Origin: an uncultured virus (IMG/VR IMGVR_UViG_3300011223_000002)
Taxonomy: Duplodnaviria > Heunggongvirae > Uroviricota > Caudoviricetes
Virus record (IMG/VR): IMGVR_UViG_3300011223_000002
Coordinates: 1 to 64,000 of that record
Length of the DNA: 64,000 bases
Reading direction: 5' to 3' (one strand)
This document shows, piece after piece, positions 20,778 to 29,951 of this stretch. The first letter of the stretch is position 1; each line of letters opens with the position of its first letter. The notes beneath the pieces were generated by a model. It saw only the letters and a list, made by a program, of their open reading frames with translations, did no database searches and was not told where the DNA came from. The position numbers and the translations under genes are program-made.

Positions 20778-21410
20778 ATGGCGGATAAGAATCCTATCCC
20801 CAGTATTCGTGCGGCGGGGAAATTTGTTGCACTGCCTCCTTTCGATCGTGTGGTTGACCCTGCTGTCTTCTATTCAGTTGAAGCCATCCGGACACTTCCG
20901 GAAATGCAAGGACTGAATATCAACATTTATGATCGGGTGTTCAAGCCGATCGGGTTGGCTCAGGAAGACTATCCTGCGGTGATCAGTAAAGGTATTGCTG
21001 AAAACACCGTGGTCGTTAGTTTGGTCCCGCGAGTGGGGAGCCCTGTGTACGTCTTGAGTACGTACCTGGAATCCTTCCCGCTGGTGGACGGTGTTTCTTA
21101 CGAGCGGATGTGTATCGTCAGTGATATTGGTGCTCTACCCCCTTCGGCGAAAGTCGCCCTTCAGGGTTTGCTGACCGATATCGATGACCTCGTGTTCAAC
21201 AACTTTGGTGTAAAAGCCAATACGACACTGGGAACAGTGCCAGTCATCGGGTACTTGTCGCAGAGTGAAAGTGACATCATGGAAAATACGCGTAAAAACC
21301 GTATCCGTGATTCCGACAGCATGCTTGTCAAATACAACCGTCTGCTGGAAGAAAAGAAAAGCGATGCAGCGTACATCAAGGAACTCGAAGGTCGGTTGGG
21401 CGTAAAGTAA
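20778..21410 (+). CDS. Conserved jumbo-phage hypothetical protein
   Basis: 210 aa, GAGG RBS, C-terminal coiled coil. Confidence 0.6.
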   Translation: MADKNPIPSIRAAGKFVALPPFDRVVDPAVFYSVEAIRTLPEMQGLNINIYDRVFKPIGLAQEDYPAVISKGIAENTVVVSLVPRVGSPVYVLSTYLESFPLVDGVSYERMCIVSDIGALPPSAKVALQGLLTDIDDLVFNNFGVKANTTLGTVPVIGYLSQSESDIMENTRKNRIRDSDSMLVKYNRLLEEKKSDAAYIKELEGRLGVK

Positions 21411-21415
21411 GGCAC

Positions 21416-21447
21416 TACCCTAGGGAGCCATGCGGCTCCCTAGGGTA
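21416..21447. terminator. Bidirectional terminator hairpin
   Basis: 14-bp stem TACCCTAGGGAGCC-atgc-GGCTCCCTAGGGTA. Confidence 0.75.
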
Positions 21448-21460
21448 TATGCTTTATGGC

Positions 21461-22633
21461 TTAGGCGCGGCGAACAGTACCAATCGCAATGCCATCACTG
21501 GCGTCTGCGGCTACACGGTGACTGTACGGTTTGAGGTACTGAGACGGAACCCGGATCAACGCGCCAGTCAAGGCATCAACAAAGCTCTGTGTATGCGCGT
21601 TGAGGATGGTCTCTTCGAAGTTGAACTCCGGACGATTCACGCGGGTAGGTTCTGTGCCGTCCGTGTGGTATTCCCAGACAACCCAGCTGCTGATGTCCAG
21701 CGCAATGTTGCCACCCACATTGTCGAGCGTGAGCAAGATGTCGTTTACGGCCTTGTCCAAGAGTTCCATGCCGTGAGCAGCATCGAAACTGTAGACCTGA
21801 CGGTTGAAGTGACAGGCTGCAAACAATTGGGTCCGGACCTCTTTATCGAAGTACGCCAACCCCGGGGTAGTGAAGCCCCCCAGCTTGCGCAAGCGACGGA
21901 CTTCCCCGTTTACCCTTTTCTCAAGGGCACGCAGGCGGTTCAAGGCAATAGTCACGAGCTGATTACCTTCCGCGTAGTCCAACTCCACACGGTCACCACC
22001 ACCAAGGACAATGCCTTCTTCTGGGTATTTGTGCGGAACCTTGTCCAAACGAATGCCGAAGCTCAGCTTGTCTTCACCACCCAAAACGTAGGACAGCATG
22101 AGGTCATGGTCTCGCTTCGGGCAGTTGTTCACAAAGATGTTGGTGATGATGTTGACCTTCTCGATCACCGCGATCATCAGTTTGCGAATCACGAGCGAAT
22201 AACTCTCGGTGTTCCGCAGATCGTCCTGGGTGAGTTTGTCGTGAGGATGTGACTCAGCAGGCTCCAGCCATGGCAACGGGAACTCTATGGGAAGGCGGGT
22301 AATTTCGTGAAGGATGCGCTCGTCGAAGGACAACTTGATCCGCCCCAGGACCTGGTTGGTGAGGTGTTTCGCAAATTTGTAGGTAAAGGTTTTTTGTTTG
22401 TCTTCCTCACCCTCTACCTTCAAGGTTTGCGTATACCGAACGTTCAACAGGTCGCCATTTACGGTGTTGGCATAGAACGCCAAGGTCTCCCACGTGATGA
22501 CCTCATTGGGGTTCTTCTTTGCCTCGATGTCTTTCCAGATTACCTGACGCACCTTCTCCAGGTTGTGCGCCAGAACGATACCCTCTTCTACGCTACGACC
22601 AGGAAGGGTAACGATTTGTTTTTCAATTTGCAT
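21461..22633 (-). CDS. Hypothetical protein
   Basis: 390 aa, AAGGA RBS. Confidence 0.6.
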   Translation of the reverse strand: MQIEKQIVTLPGRSVEEGIVLAHNLEKVRQVIWKDIEAKKNPNEVITWETLAFYANTVNGDLLNVRYTQTLKVEGEEDKQKTFTYKFAKHLTNQVLGRIKLSFDERILHEITRLPIEFPLPWLEPAESHPHDKLTQDDLRNTESYSLVIRKLMIAVIEKVNIITNIFVNNCPKRDHDLMLSYVLGGEDKLSFGIRLDKVPHKYPEEGIVLGGGDRVELDYAEGNQLVTIALNRLRALEKRVNGEVRRLRKLGGFTTPGLAYFDKEVRTQLFAACHFNRQVYSFDAAHGMELLDKAVNDILLTLDNVGGNIALDISSWVVWEYHTDGTEPTRVNRPEFNFEETILNAHTQSFVDALTGALIRVPSQYLKPYSHRVAADASDGIAIGTVRRA

Positions 22634-22661
22634 CTTTCTTTTCCTTTTCTAGGACAGCGCA

Positions 22662-25502
22662 ATGTTAGGGTTATTTTCAGTAAAGGTAAAACAAACAGGA
22701 GCTTTCGTTCACATCACAGGCGTTTCGTATTACGACCTGTCGAAGGACATTGAAAAGTTCTTTAGCACGAGCCTGTTAACTCGTCATCAAATTCGTAAGG
22801 AGTCGTGGGACACCATAAAGGTACACAATTTCTTCCTAGTAGAATTATCCAATATCGTTACGGAATTGTTGAAGGTACGTAACCTCCGCAGCCGTCGCCG
22901 TGCTTTGTCAGAGCTGAAAGAGGTATTGGAAACGTCGACTTGGTTAAAGGATACGGTGAACCCTAGCGGACGCCCGCTGGACCTGCGTAAACTCAACCTG
23001 TTCAACACAACGCCTTTCCCCGCGCAACTCGACTTCCTCCAACAGTACCCGGTTATTACGCACAGCTACCATTTGAAAGGGCTGTTGTTGGATGCCAAGG
23101 TTGGGTCGGGCAAGGCCATGCCACTGAATACACGGGTGAAGACACCCGGTGGATGGCGTGCGCTGAAAGACCTCAAGATGGGGGATGCGGTACTGACCCC
23201 CGAGGGTAAGATCAGCAAAGTAATCGGCATTCACCCACAGGGCAAAACACCGATTTACCGTTTTCACTTTGAGGATGGTCGTCATGCGGATTCACACCCG
23301 GAGCACCTCTGGTCTGTACTAGAGAATCCCCGCTTCTGTAAAGAAACACGCACCGGAGAGTTTCATGTTACCACGACACAGGACATTGTTAACTACTTCG
23401 ACGAGTACAATTACCGCGTTCCGCTGGTAGGTCGGTTAGGAGGTTACGGCATTTCCCTGTACGGAACACCAGAGAAGGCGCTAGACGCGATCCTCTACGG
23501 TGATAAGGGGGTAACTTCGACATTGCTTGAACTCCCCTATAACGAGCGCTTTGCGCTTGTTAAAGGAGTCCTCGAAAACACCATGTGCCGTCTTGAGAAT
23601 AACAAGGCTACGGTGTACTTAGAAAATATCTGCAGTGCGCAAAGCTTCAGGGCTTTGATGCACAGCCTGGGTGGGACGTGTAGTCTTCCTGAACAGCAGG
23701 AGTACGGCTATGCATTGGAATGGACCCACCGTGAAGCCGACGAGTTGTTGCTAGACCTCATTGGTCCCAAGAGTGGTTCTCTATTCCAGCTGGGGTATCA
23801 CAAGAAGGCTGGTCTTGAAATCAAGTCCATTGAGTCTCGACCTCCTGAGGAGACCCTGTGCATTTCCATCGACAGTGCAGAGAAGCTCTACATCGTTGAT
23901 GATTACGTGGTGACCCACAACACGTTTACTTCGATCGCATGGTCGAAACTGCTGAATGACGACCCGACAGTAGTTTTACACCCTTTGAGTCTGGTTGACG
24001 AAGTCTGGTTCACGCAACTGCGCAAGCACTACAAGCAAGTGCCCAAGACCTGGTCGTCCACGACAGGTGAGCCTTTGAAAGAGGGCTATGATTACTACCT
24101 CGTCCACTACGACTACATGACCACCCCTAACGGTGCCTTTTTCCTGAAGTTCCTCCTGGAGCTGAAGAAGAAGTACAAGGGGTTGAAGTTGATCATTGAC
24201 GAGTGCCACAACTTCAACGACCTCAAAGCCGCCCGTACTCGAAAATTGATCGAGTGGGGTGACAGCGACATTTTTGCCCATACCCTCCCTATGTCCGGTA
24301 CGCCATTGAAGGCCCTGGGGAGTGAAGTCTACCCAACACTGTGTCTAATCGATGTGTATTTCGACAACAAAGCCCGTGAGTTCTTTCTGGCGTCGTATGG
24401 GAAGAATCGCCCAGCGTTACTGGACCTCTTGTCTCGAAGGATTGGCCGCAGTAAGTTCACTATTCCTGAACTAGTGGGGATGGGCGAAGCACCGCCATTA
24501 GAACTGGTCAAGGTAAAGATCCCCAATGCGGAGAAATACACCCTTGATGCAATCCGCTTAGAGATGCAGATTTACATCAACGAGCGAATCGCGTTCTACA
24601 CCCAGCACATGCCGGCGTTCCTGACCTTCTATAACGAAGTCATCAGTGACTATGAAAAGGCTAATGCCCGGAACCCACGGGAGCTCGAGGAGTTGGCTCG
24701 CTATCGAGCTATCGTTCACCGCTTCCGTACGCAGGGCTACAATAGCTTTACAGACAACACTGACAGCATGTTCTGCAAAACAGTTGAGGAAAAGATCGAG
24801 CGTGATCTGAAAGGCAACAACCTTAAAGATTTCCGCAACATCAAATCCGCTGTCAAGTACCTGGGGTTGAAGCTTCGTGGTGAAGCACTAGGGAATGTCT
24901 TGGGACGTGCTCGCATCAATGCGATCCGAGACACCATTGCCTATGCGGGTATTCCGGAGATGATCGACAACGTAGAGAAGAAGACCCTCATCTTTACTTC
25001 CTACGTAGATGCTTTAAAGGAATGCGAGCAGTACCTGGAACGCAAGGGCTACCCTGTGGTCACGGTGTATGGTGAAAACAGTAACGAGCGAGATGCCAAC
25101 GTTAAACGCTTTGCCAACGACGACAACCTCCGTGGATTGATCGCGGTGTATGACTCGTTGAAGGAAGGGTATCCGCTGCTCATGGCCAACCTAACCATCC
25201 TGTTGAACGCACCGTACCGTGACAATGAGGTGATCCAGGTCAAAGCACGGACGTGGCGGACAGGTCAAGACGCACCCTGTTTCTACAAACTGCTGGACAT
25301 GGACACTGGGGACAAACTCAACATCACCACCCGCAGTATCAACATCATGGAGTGGTCTCGTGAGCAGGTGGATTCATTGCTGAGTCGGCAACAAGGTCAC
25401 GAGTTGTTGAGCAACGTAACAGGGCAAGAGATGTTTGATATGGGGGATGAACCTGCCACGCAAAGACTGCGCAGCAGCAACAGCGTCCTCTCACTTTTCT
25501 AA
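22662..25502 (+). CDS. SF2 (SNF2/DEAD-like) helicase containing an intein
   Basis: Walker A DAKVGSGK|T split by an insert; IIDECHN; MSGTP; LKEGYPL; QVKARTWRTGQ. Confidence 0.85.
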   Translation: MLGLFSVKVKQTGAFVHITGVSYYDLSKDIEKFFSTSLLTRHQIRKESWDTIKVHNFFLVELSNIVTELLKVRNLRSRRRALSELKEVLETSTWLKDTVNPSGRPLDLRKLNLFNTTPFPAQLDFLQQYPVITHSYHLKGLLLDAKVGSGKAMPLNTRVKTPGGWRALKDLKMGDAVLTPEGKISKVIGIHPQGKTPIYRFHFEDGRHADSHPEHLWSVLENPRFCKETRTGEFHVTTTQDIVNYFDEYNYRVPLVGRLGGYGISLYGTPEKALDAILYGDKGVTSTLLELPYNERFALVKGVLENTMCRLENNKATVYLENICSAQSFRALMHSLGGTCSLPEQQEYGYALEWTHREADELLLDLIGPKSGSLFQLGYHKKAGLEIKSIESRPPEETLCISIDSAEKLYIVDDYVVTHNTFTSIAWSKLLNDDPTVVLHPLSLVDEVWFTQLRKHYKQVPKTWSSTTGEPLKEGYDYYLVHYDYMTTPNGAFFLKFLLELKKKYKGLKLIIDECHNFNDLKAARTRKLIEWGDSDIFAHTLPMSGTPLKALGSEVYPTLCLIDVYFDNKAREFFLASYGKNRPALLDLLSRRIGRSKFTIPELVGMGEAPPLELVKVKIPNAEKYTLDAIRLEMQIYINERIAFYTQHMPAFLTFYNEVISDYEKANARNPRELEELARYRAIVHRFRTQGYNSFTDNTDSMFCKTVEEKIERDLKGNNLKDFRNIKSAVKYLGLKLRGEALGNVLGRARINAIRDTIAYAGIPEMIDNVEKKTLIFTSYVDALKECEQYLERKGYPVVTVYGENSNERDANVKRFANDDNLRGLIAVYDSLKEGYPLLMANLTILLNAPYRDNEVIQVKARTWRTGQDAPCFYKLLDMDTGDKLNITTRSINIMEWSREQVDSLLSRQQGHELLSNVTGQEMFDMGDEPATQRLRSSNSVLSLF
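23115..23921 (+). mobile_element. Class 3 intein (269 aa) with degenerate LAGLIDADG-like core
   Basis: Starts AMPLNTRVKTPGGW; block B HPEHLW; block F TLCISID; ends VVTHN followed by Thr; inserted in the P-loop. Confidence 0.85.
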
Positions 25503-25524
25503 CGCTAAAAAGAGGTTTAGTGTA

Positions 25525-25950
25525 ATGACGAATATCCGTGAAATTTCGGATTCTTTTCCCCCAGTTCCGCTGTTGGAGAGAGGATTGAAGATTGAAGGGG
25601 GTGGTGAAGAATCCAGCTCCAACAAGCAAGCTACCGCTCTTGTACAGCGTACTGCTCACATAAAGACCATCGTCGATGATCTGCGTGAGCATGGGATGTA
25701 TTTTATGGGCGCTCTGAGTAACACAGACGCGTTGAAAGCGATTGACACCACCTCACTTAAACAGTGGTCAGCCTACTTTATCCAAGGTAGTCTGTTCGTC
25801 TGGGACGGTAACGCGTGGTCTAATCCCGATCTTCCCATCAGTACCGACCCGGGTAACGCACTCACTCTCGGGAAGGACGGTAAGTTTTACGTGTCCACTG
25901 ACATCGACGCTGACCTCGTTCAGTCCTATAACGAAGCAAAAGGTAATTAA
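25525..25950 (+). CDS. Fibre adaptor-like protein
   Basis: Start MTNIRE (AGAGG RBS). N-terminal GG...SNKQATALVQRTAHIK resembles the N-terminus of the 33953 fibre; C-terminus DADLVQSYNEAK. Confidence 0.6.
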   Translation: MTNIREISDSFPPVPLLERGLKIEGGGEESSSNKQATALVQRTAHIKTIVDDLREHGMYFMGALSNTDALKAIDTTSLKQWSAYFIQGSLFVWDGNAWSNPDLPISTDPGNALTLGKDGKFYVSTDIDADLVQSYNEAKGN

Positions 25951-25952
25951 AC

Positions 25953-26543
25953 ATGAGCATCTCCGCTAAACTGATTCTGTTGGCTCAAGCGATTGCCGCC
26001 GACGTCAAAGCCCTGAGCGCCGCTGATGGCGATCTGAGCACCCTGAGCACCACCGCCAAAGGCAGCCTGGTTGCCGCCATCAACGAACTGTACATCCTCG
26101 TCGGCCAGGCTTCCGGCGCTGAGATTGACGACACCGCTGGTGCCGACGATACCGACAAAGCCTGGTCCGCCAGCAAGATCACCGCTGCACTCGAAGCTGC
26201 TGTCCTGCAGGCCAAGAGCGAAACCAAGAACGAGCTGATCGACGGCGCTGGCGAAGCCTACGACACCTTCAAGGAACTGCGTGACCTGCTGGTCGACCAA
26301 GACGACGCCCTGGCGGTGCTGACCACCCTGATCGGCAAAGCTGTTCGCTTCGACGAAGCCCAAACGTTGACCGATCAGCAAAAGGACACCGCTCGTACCA
26401 ACATCGGTGCGGCCAGTGTCCAGTCGGTCGAAAACGTCACCCAACAAATCTCCACTGTCAGCGACAACCTGGCGCTCCTGGTTGATTCCGTTGGCGACGC
26501 TGATGCCGACCTGGTGGCCGCCTACAACGCAGCCAAAGCTTAA
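25953..26543 (+). CDS. Ala/Asp-rich fibre subunit
   Basis: N-terminus LAQAIAADVKAL, internal AYDTFKEL and QTLTDQQKDTARTNIGA, C-terminus DADLVAAYNAAKA; strong C-ending codon bias. Confidence 0.65.
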   Translation: MSISAKLILLAQAIAADVKALSAADGDLSTLSTTAKGSLVAAINELYILVGQASGAEIDDTAGADDTDKAWSASKITAALEAAVLQAKSETKNELIDGAGEAYDTFKELRDLLVDQDDALAVLTTLIGKAVRFDEAQTLTDQQKDTARTNIGAASVQSVENVTQQISTVSDNLALLVDSVGDADADLVAAYNAAKA

Positions 26544-26546
26544 CCC

Positions 26547-26771
26547 ATGAGCTTTGGCTCACGGCTAGCGGCGTTCGCTGCGGCGGTGGGCGCCGACGTC
26601 AAGGCCTTGTTCTCGAGCAAGGTCGATAAGGTCGAGGGAAAGGGTCTCAGTAGTAACGATTACACCACCGCGGACAAGGATGCCTTGGCTAAAGTGGTCG
26701 CTGACTTGGAGAGTGCACAGTCTACCCTGGTAAATCTCCAAGACCAGATCGATGCCATGAAAGGCTCTTGA
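26547..26771 (+). CDS. Small fibre protein
   Basis: N-terminus FAAAVGADVKAL and the KVDKVEGKGLSSNDYT motif seen in phage fibre proteins. Confidence 0.65.
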   Translation: MSFGSRLAAFAAAVGADVKALFSSKVDKVEGKGLSSNDYTTADKDALAKVVADLESAQSTLVNLQDQIDAMKGS

Positions 26772-26789
26772 CACAGACGTCATCAAACA

Positions 26790-26823
26790 AATAACCTCCC
26801 TGGCTTCGGCTGGGGAGGTTATT
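26790..26823 (+). terminator. Terminator hairpin
   Basis: AATAACCTCCCTGGC-ttcg-GCTGGGGAGGTTATT. Confidence 0.75.
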
Positions 26824-26869
26824 GATTATGTCTGCACTGACACAAAAAAAAATAAAGGCTTAGGACAAC

Positions 26870-26896
26870 CCTATCTCTGCCTTAGGCAGAGATAGG
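26870..26896 (-). terminator. Terminator for the minus-strand cassette
   Basis: CCTATCTCTGCC-tta-GGCAGAGATAGG with an upstream A-run. Confidence 0.65.
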
Positions 26897-26903
26897 TAGG
26901 GTT

Positions 26904-27308
26904 TTAAAACCGGCTGTGTTCGATCTCTTCAGGCGTGCAACCGGCGTAGAACTTGTCGATGGTTACAGACTGGCTAACCACCACACCCTCAACCCACATC
27001 ATGAGGTTGCGGCTCTTGTGTACCACATCAACACGAACCACGCGATGTAGTTTAGAGAACGCCATCCCCAGTGTACGCAGGTCTTCTTTGTTGAAGACGT
27101 AGACATAGACCTGCGCCTGACCAAAGTTGATAACCAATTTCAGGTCATCGTAGAAATCCGGGATGTCACCCTCCACATAGGCGAACTGCAACATCTTGGC
27201 ACGCCAATCTTCGATGGCGAATCTAACGCCATCGAGTTCAGCGATAACCAGGGGACCAAAGTCGACTTCAATGCCGTCAACGTTTTTGCGAATAACTGAA
27301 TCAACCAT
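26904..27308 (-). CDS. Hypothetical early protein
   Basis: 134 aa, AGGAG RBS. Confidence 0.65.
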   Translation of the reverse strand: MVDSVIRKNVDGIEVDFGPLVIAELDGVRFAIEDWRAKMLQFAYVEGDIPDFYDDLKLVINFGQAQVYVYVFNKEDLRTLGMAFSKLHRVVRVDVVHKSRNLMMWVEGVVVSQSVTIDKFYAGCTPEEIEHSRF

Positions 27309-27324
27309 AATGAACTCCTTGAAG

Positions 27325-27795
27325 TTAGGCGACGTGATGCTTGGACGACATCAGTGCCTGTTCGCCGGTACGGTTACCGTCCTTATCCATCTCCACAACG
27401 TGCAGGGTTTTTGCCTCGTCGTGATCGTAGAAGAACAGCTTTACGTGTTCCAGGGTGCCCGAGTGGACTGGTAGGTCAGCGATCTCCTCGTTGTAGGCAA
27501 GGATGGCTTCTTGCAGCCCACCGTGACGGTCAACCATTACAACGCCGCCAGTGGACCAGGTCGACAGCTCTACCGAGCCGTCCTTTTCTACCGAGAGCGT
27601 ATTGAGGGAGAAGTAGGCGCCTTGGCAGAGGAGGACGGGAGTAACGCGATCGCCCTTTATCAGCGCAGCGATTCCAGCTGCTTGCATTTCAGTACGACGG
27701 TTGTTGTGGGTGTCGATGACCACGCCTTTGTTTGCCACAATAGCAGCAGCAACAGCGTTGAAGTTTTCGATGGTCAGCAGGGAACGAGTAGCCAT
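27325..27795 (-). CDS. Hypothetical early protein
   Basis: 156 aa, TAAGGA RBS, first gene after the promoter motif. Confidence 0.65.
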   Translation of the reverse strand: MATRSLLTIENFNAVAAAIVANKGVVIDTHNNRRTEMQAAGIAALIKGDRVTPVLLCQGAYFSLNTLSVEKDGSVELSTWSTGGVVMVDRHGGLQEAILAYNEEIADLPVHSGTLEHVKLFFYDHDEAKTLHVVEMDKDGNRTGEQALMSSKHHVA

Positions 27796-27852
27796 GATAA
27801 ATATCCTTAAATAGAGAAGTGGTAGACGATATTGTCTACCTTATTCATGTTA

Positions 27853-27871
27853 GTTATGTAGGTCTGAAAAA
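27853..27871 (-). promoter_or_regulatory. Phage early-promoter-like motif (copy 2)
   Basis: Minus strand TTTTTCAGACCTACATAAC. Confidence 0.55.
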
Positions 27872-27921
27872 TTCCGTAACTTAAATAATACTATGTAATT
27901 ATCACCATACGAGACGCGTAT

Positions 27922-28923
27922 ATGAACATCTATGACGACATTGAAGACTCCTTTGGTCTGCCAGATCCTGAACACGTAGAGAACGCGTTCCAAGGCATGA
28001 TAGATACAATCCAGGGAACCGAATCATTAACTTCTTCACAGCGCTACCTCCACTTCTGTTTAGGTGCCTCCGGATCCGTAAATCTATCAACCGTTATGGG
28101 TAATGAAAGTTTTTTAGGCCAGGTCAAAGACGGTTTGAAAAAGGCCTGGGATTACATCGTCAGAATGTTTAAGAACATTTTTAATACTGTTTTCAGACGC
28201 AACCTTGAAAGTGAAGGCAAAGCGCTGGAAGAAGAGGTCAAACAGGCTAAAAAGGCGGTAGGAACTATTAATGATCCGCAGGTAACTACTGGTAATGTTA
28301 CGGCTTACTTAAATGGGATCGACAAAAACATCAAGAAGTTTCAGACGGCACAAAGAACAAGTATGGAAAAGAGACTGGAGGATGTCAAAGCGGAAACTGA
28401 TAAAAACATCCAGGTCGCTGAAACTAAAAAGCTTGTTAAGGAGACATTCGAATGCTCTCTTGAAAATAACGAGGATATTCAGAGAGGGTGGGAAAGAATC
28501 CGCGAGTCCCTTCAGAAACTGGCGGCGACTGGTCAGACTCTTTCAGGATCAGGTAACCCCTTCGGAAACGAGATTAGTTCGACGCATCGTGCGGTTGATG
28601 CCGTATTTGGATACCAATACAAACACAACATTAAAGATGTGGCTACCGCCAATAAATTCTTGTCTGATATCTATACTCCTCAGAAAAAACTTGAAGCCCT
28701 TCGTGAAGCTGGGTATCAGAAGAAGAGCGCGCTGGAGAAAACAATTAGCGAGATTGGCGGTCGATTAGACACAGATAGCGACCGCGCTAAATTGAGCGCC
28801 GATGTTAATGCCCTTAAAACTGAACTCGTGGGGTTAACTGACGCACTCACCTGGGTCGGTAACGCAAGTAACTGGCTGGGTTACCTAGTGAAGAAGGTAT
28901 CTAAATCGGTTGTTTGGGTTTAA
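27922..28923 (+). CDS. Internal head/ejection protein (phiKZ inner-body-like paralog family)
   Basis: Acidic N-terminal propeptide-like region with G-T-E and G-N-E sites, followed by SFLGQVKDGLKKAWDYIVRMF. Confidence 0.6.
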   Translation: MNIYDDIEDSFGLPDPEHVENAFQGMIDTIQGTESLTSSQRYLHFCLGASGSVNLSTVMGNESFLGQVKDGLKKAWDYIVRMFKNIFNTVFRRNLESEGKALEEEVKQAKKAVGTINDPQVTTGNVTAYLNGIDKNIKKFQTAQRTSMEKRLEDVKAETDKNIQVAETKKLVKETFECSLENNEDIQRGWERIRESLQKLAATGQTLSGSGNPFGNEISSTHRAVDAVFGYQYKHNIKDVATANKFLSDIYTPQKKLEALREAGYQKKSALEKTISEIGGRLDTDSDRAKLSADVNALKTELVGLTDALTWVGNASNWLGYLVKKVSKSVVWV

Positions 28924-28942
28924 AGAAAAAGATTTAGTTCAT

Positions 28943-28974
28943 CTACCTCTTGCCCCATCAGGGGCAAGAGGTAG
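28943..28974. terminator. Bidirectional terminator hairpin
   Basis: 14-bp stem CTACCTCTTGCCCC-atca-GGGGCAAGAGGTAG. Confidence 0.75.
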
Positions 28975-28993
28975 TATTGAAGGTGCAGAGGTA

Positions 28994-29317
28994 CTAATAA
29001 TGCAACCAGCGTTCCATGAAACTGACTACGTCTTCCAGGGATTTGACCATGAAGGTGTTAGAGTCACCGATTTGAATGGTCCAACCTACTTCACCGACAT
29101 TCCATTGATGGCGTTGTGCACCCGCCGAACACGTTAGAGGCGCTCCACCAACCAACCGTATTTCGTGACGAACGATTGCCTCTAGACCCATTTCACGTAT
29201 TTTGATCTGGAGGTCCTTCACTTTTTCAACCAGTGTTTCGTCCGGAGGAGTTCCGGATAGCTGGCTTACCCTACGTTGCAGTTCCGCAAGTTCCAGTTCA
29301 GGTACCAGTTCACTCAT
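28994..29317 (-). CDS. Hypothetical protein
   Basis: Start MSELVP with GGAG RBS. Confidence 0.55.
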   Translation of the reverse strand: MSELVPELELAELQRRVSQLSGTPPDETLVEKVKDLQIKIREMGLEAIVRHEIRLVGGAPLTCSAGAQRHQWNVGEVGWTIQIGDSNTFMVKSLEDVVSFMERWLHY

Positions 29318-29325
29318 CACTTCTC

Positions 29326-29553
29326 CTAACTGCGGTGATATAAATCCCACAGTGACTCGACTTCTTTTTCAAGTTCAAGTGCGTAAATTATGGTTTCTGT
29401 TTGACCGATTACCCAGTTGTGACGTAGCTCACTAAGTCGCTGCCGACACTCAACAATACGGCAGTAAATTTGTGCACGGGCATCGTTTCTGAGCAGCAAA
29501 GCAGGAAGACTAGGCAAAGCAACACCTCCGCTACTTTGTAGCCCCGCTATCAC
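29326..29553 (-). CDS. Hypothetical protein
   Basis: GTGA start/stop overlap with the upstream gene. Confidence 0.45.
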   Translation of the reverse strand: MIAGLQSSGGVALPSLPALLLRNDARAQIYCRIVECRQRLSELRHNWVIGQTETIIYALELEKEVESLWDLYHRS

Positions 29554-29951
29554 GTCTTGATACCCAGCGCTTCTTCAGCGAGGGTCAGTGTCTCCTCGTA
29601 GGTATCACCTTGCACACTGCAGGGTATCCCGAACTGACCAGCCAGCAGGATGGAAGGTTGCCCGCCCTTAGTACCGAGAGTAGCCTCACGACGTTTGTCC
29701 TTGGCGACCTCACGAATGCGTTTCCAACGCTCAGCGTTTTCTTCGTCGCGGTTGATACCTTCATTAACTTCAATACCGAAGCGTTCTTCCAGCTTGGTGA
29801 TCCCTTCTTCGAAGTTCAGTGTGTTCATCACCCAGGTGTCATTGACCAAGAACATCCAAGACCCTGTAGGGGCAATGGTAATGTCGACACAAACATTACG
29901 TTTGTTGGCTTCTTTAAGCAGGGTTTGCATCCGGGATTCAAGCGTGCTCAT
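29550..29951 (-). CDS. Hypothetical protein
   Basis: 133 aa, AAGGA RBS. Confidence 0.6.
   Translation of the reverse strand: MSTLESRMQTLLKEANKRNVCVDITIAPTGSWMFLVNDTWVMNTLNFEEGITKLEERFGIEVNEGINRDEENAERWKRIREVAKDKRREATLGTKGGQPSILLAGQFGIPCSVQGDTYEETLTLAEEALGIKT

Noticed and set aside
23400..23800. Active homing endonuclease in the intein
   Set aside because: Too short, and the acidic LAGLIDADG motifs are not recognisably intact
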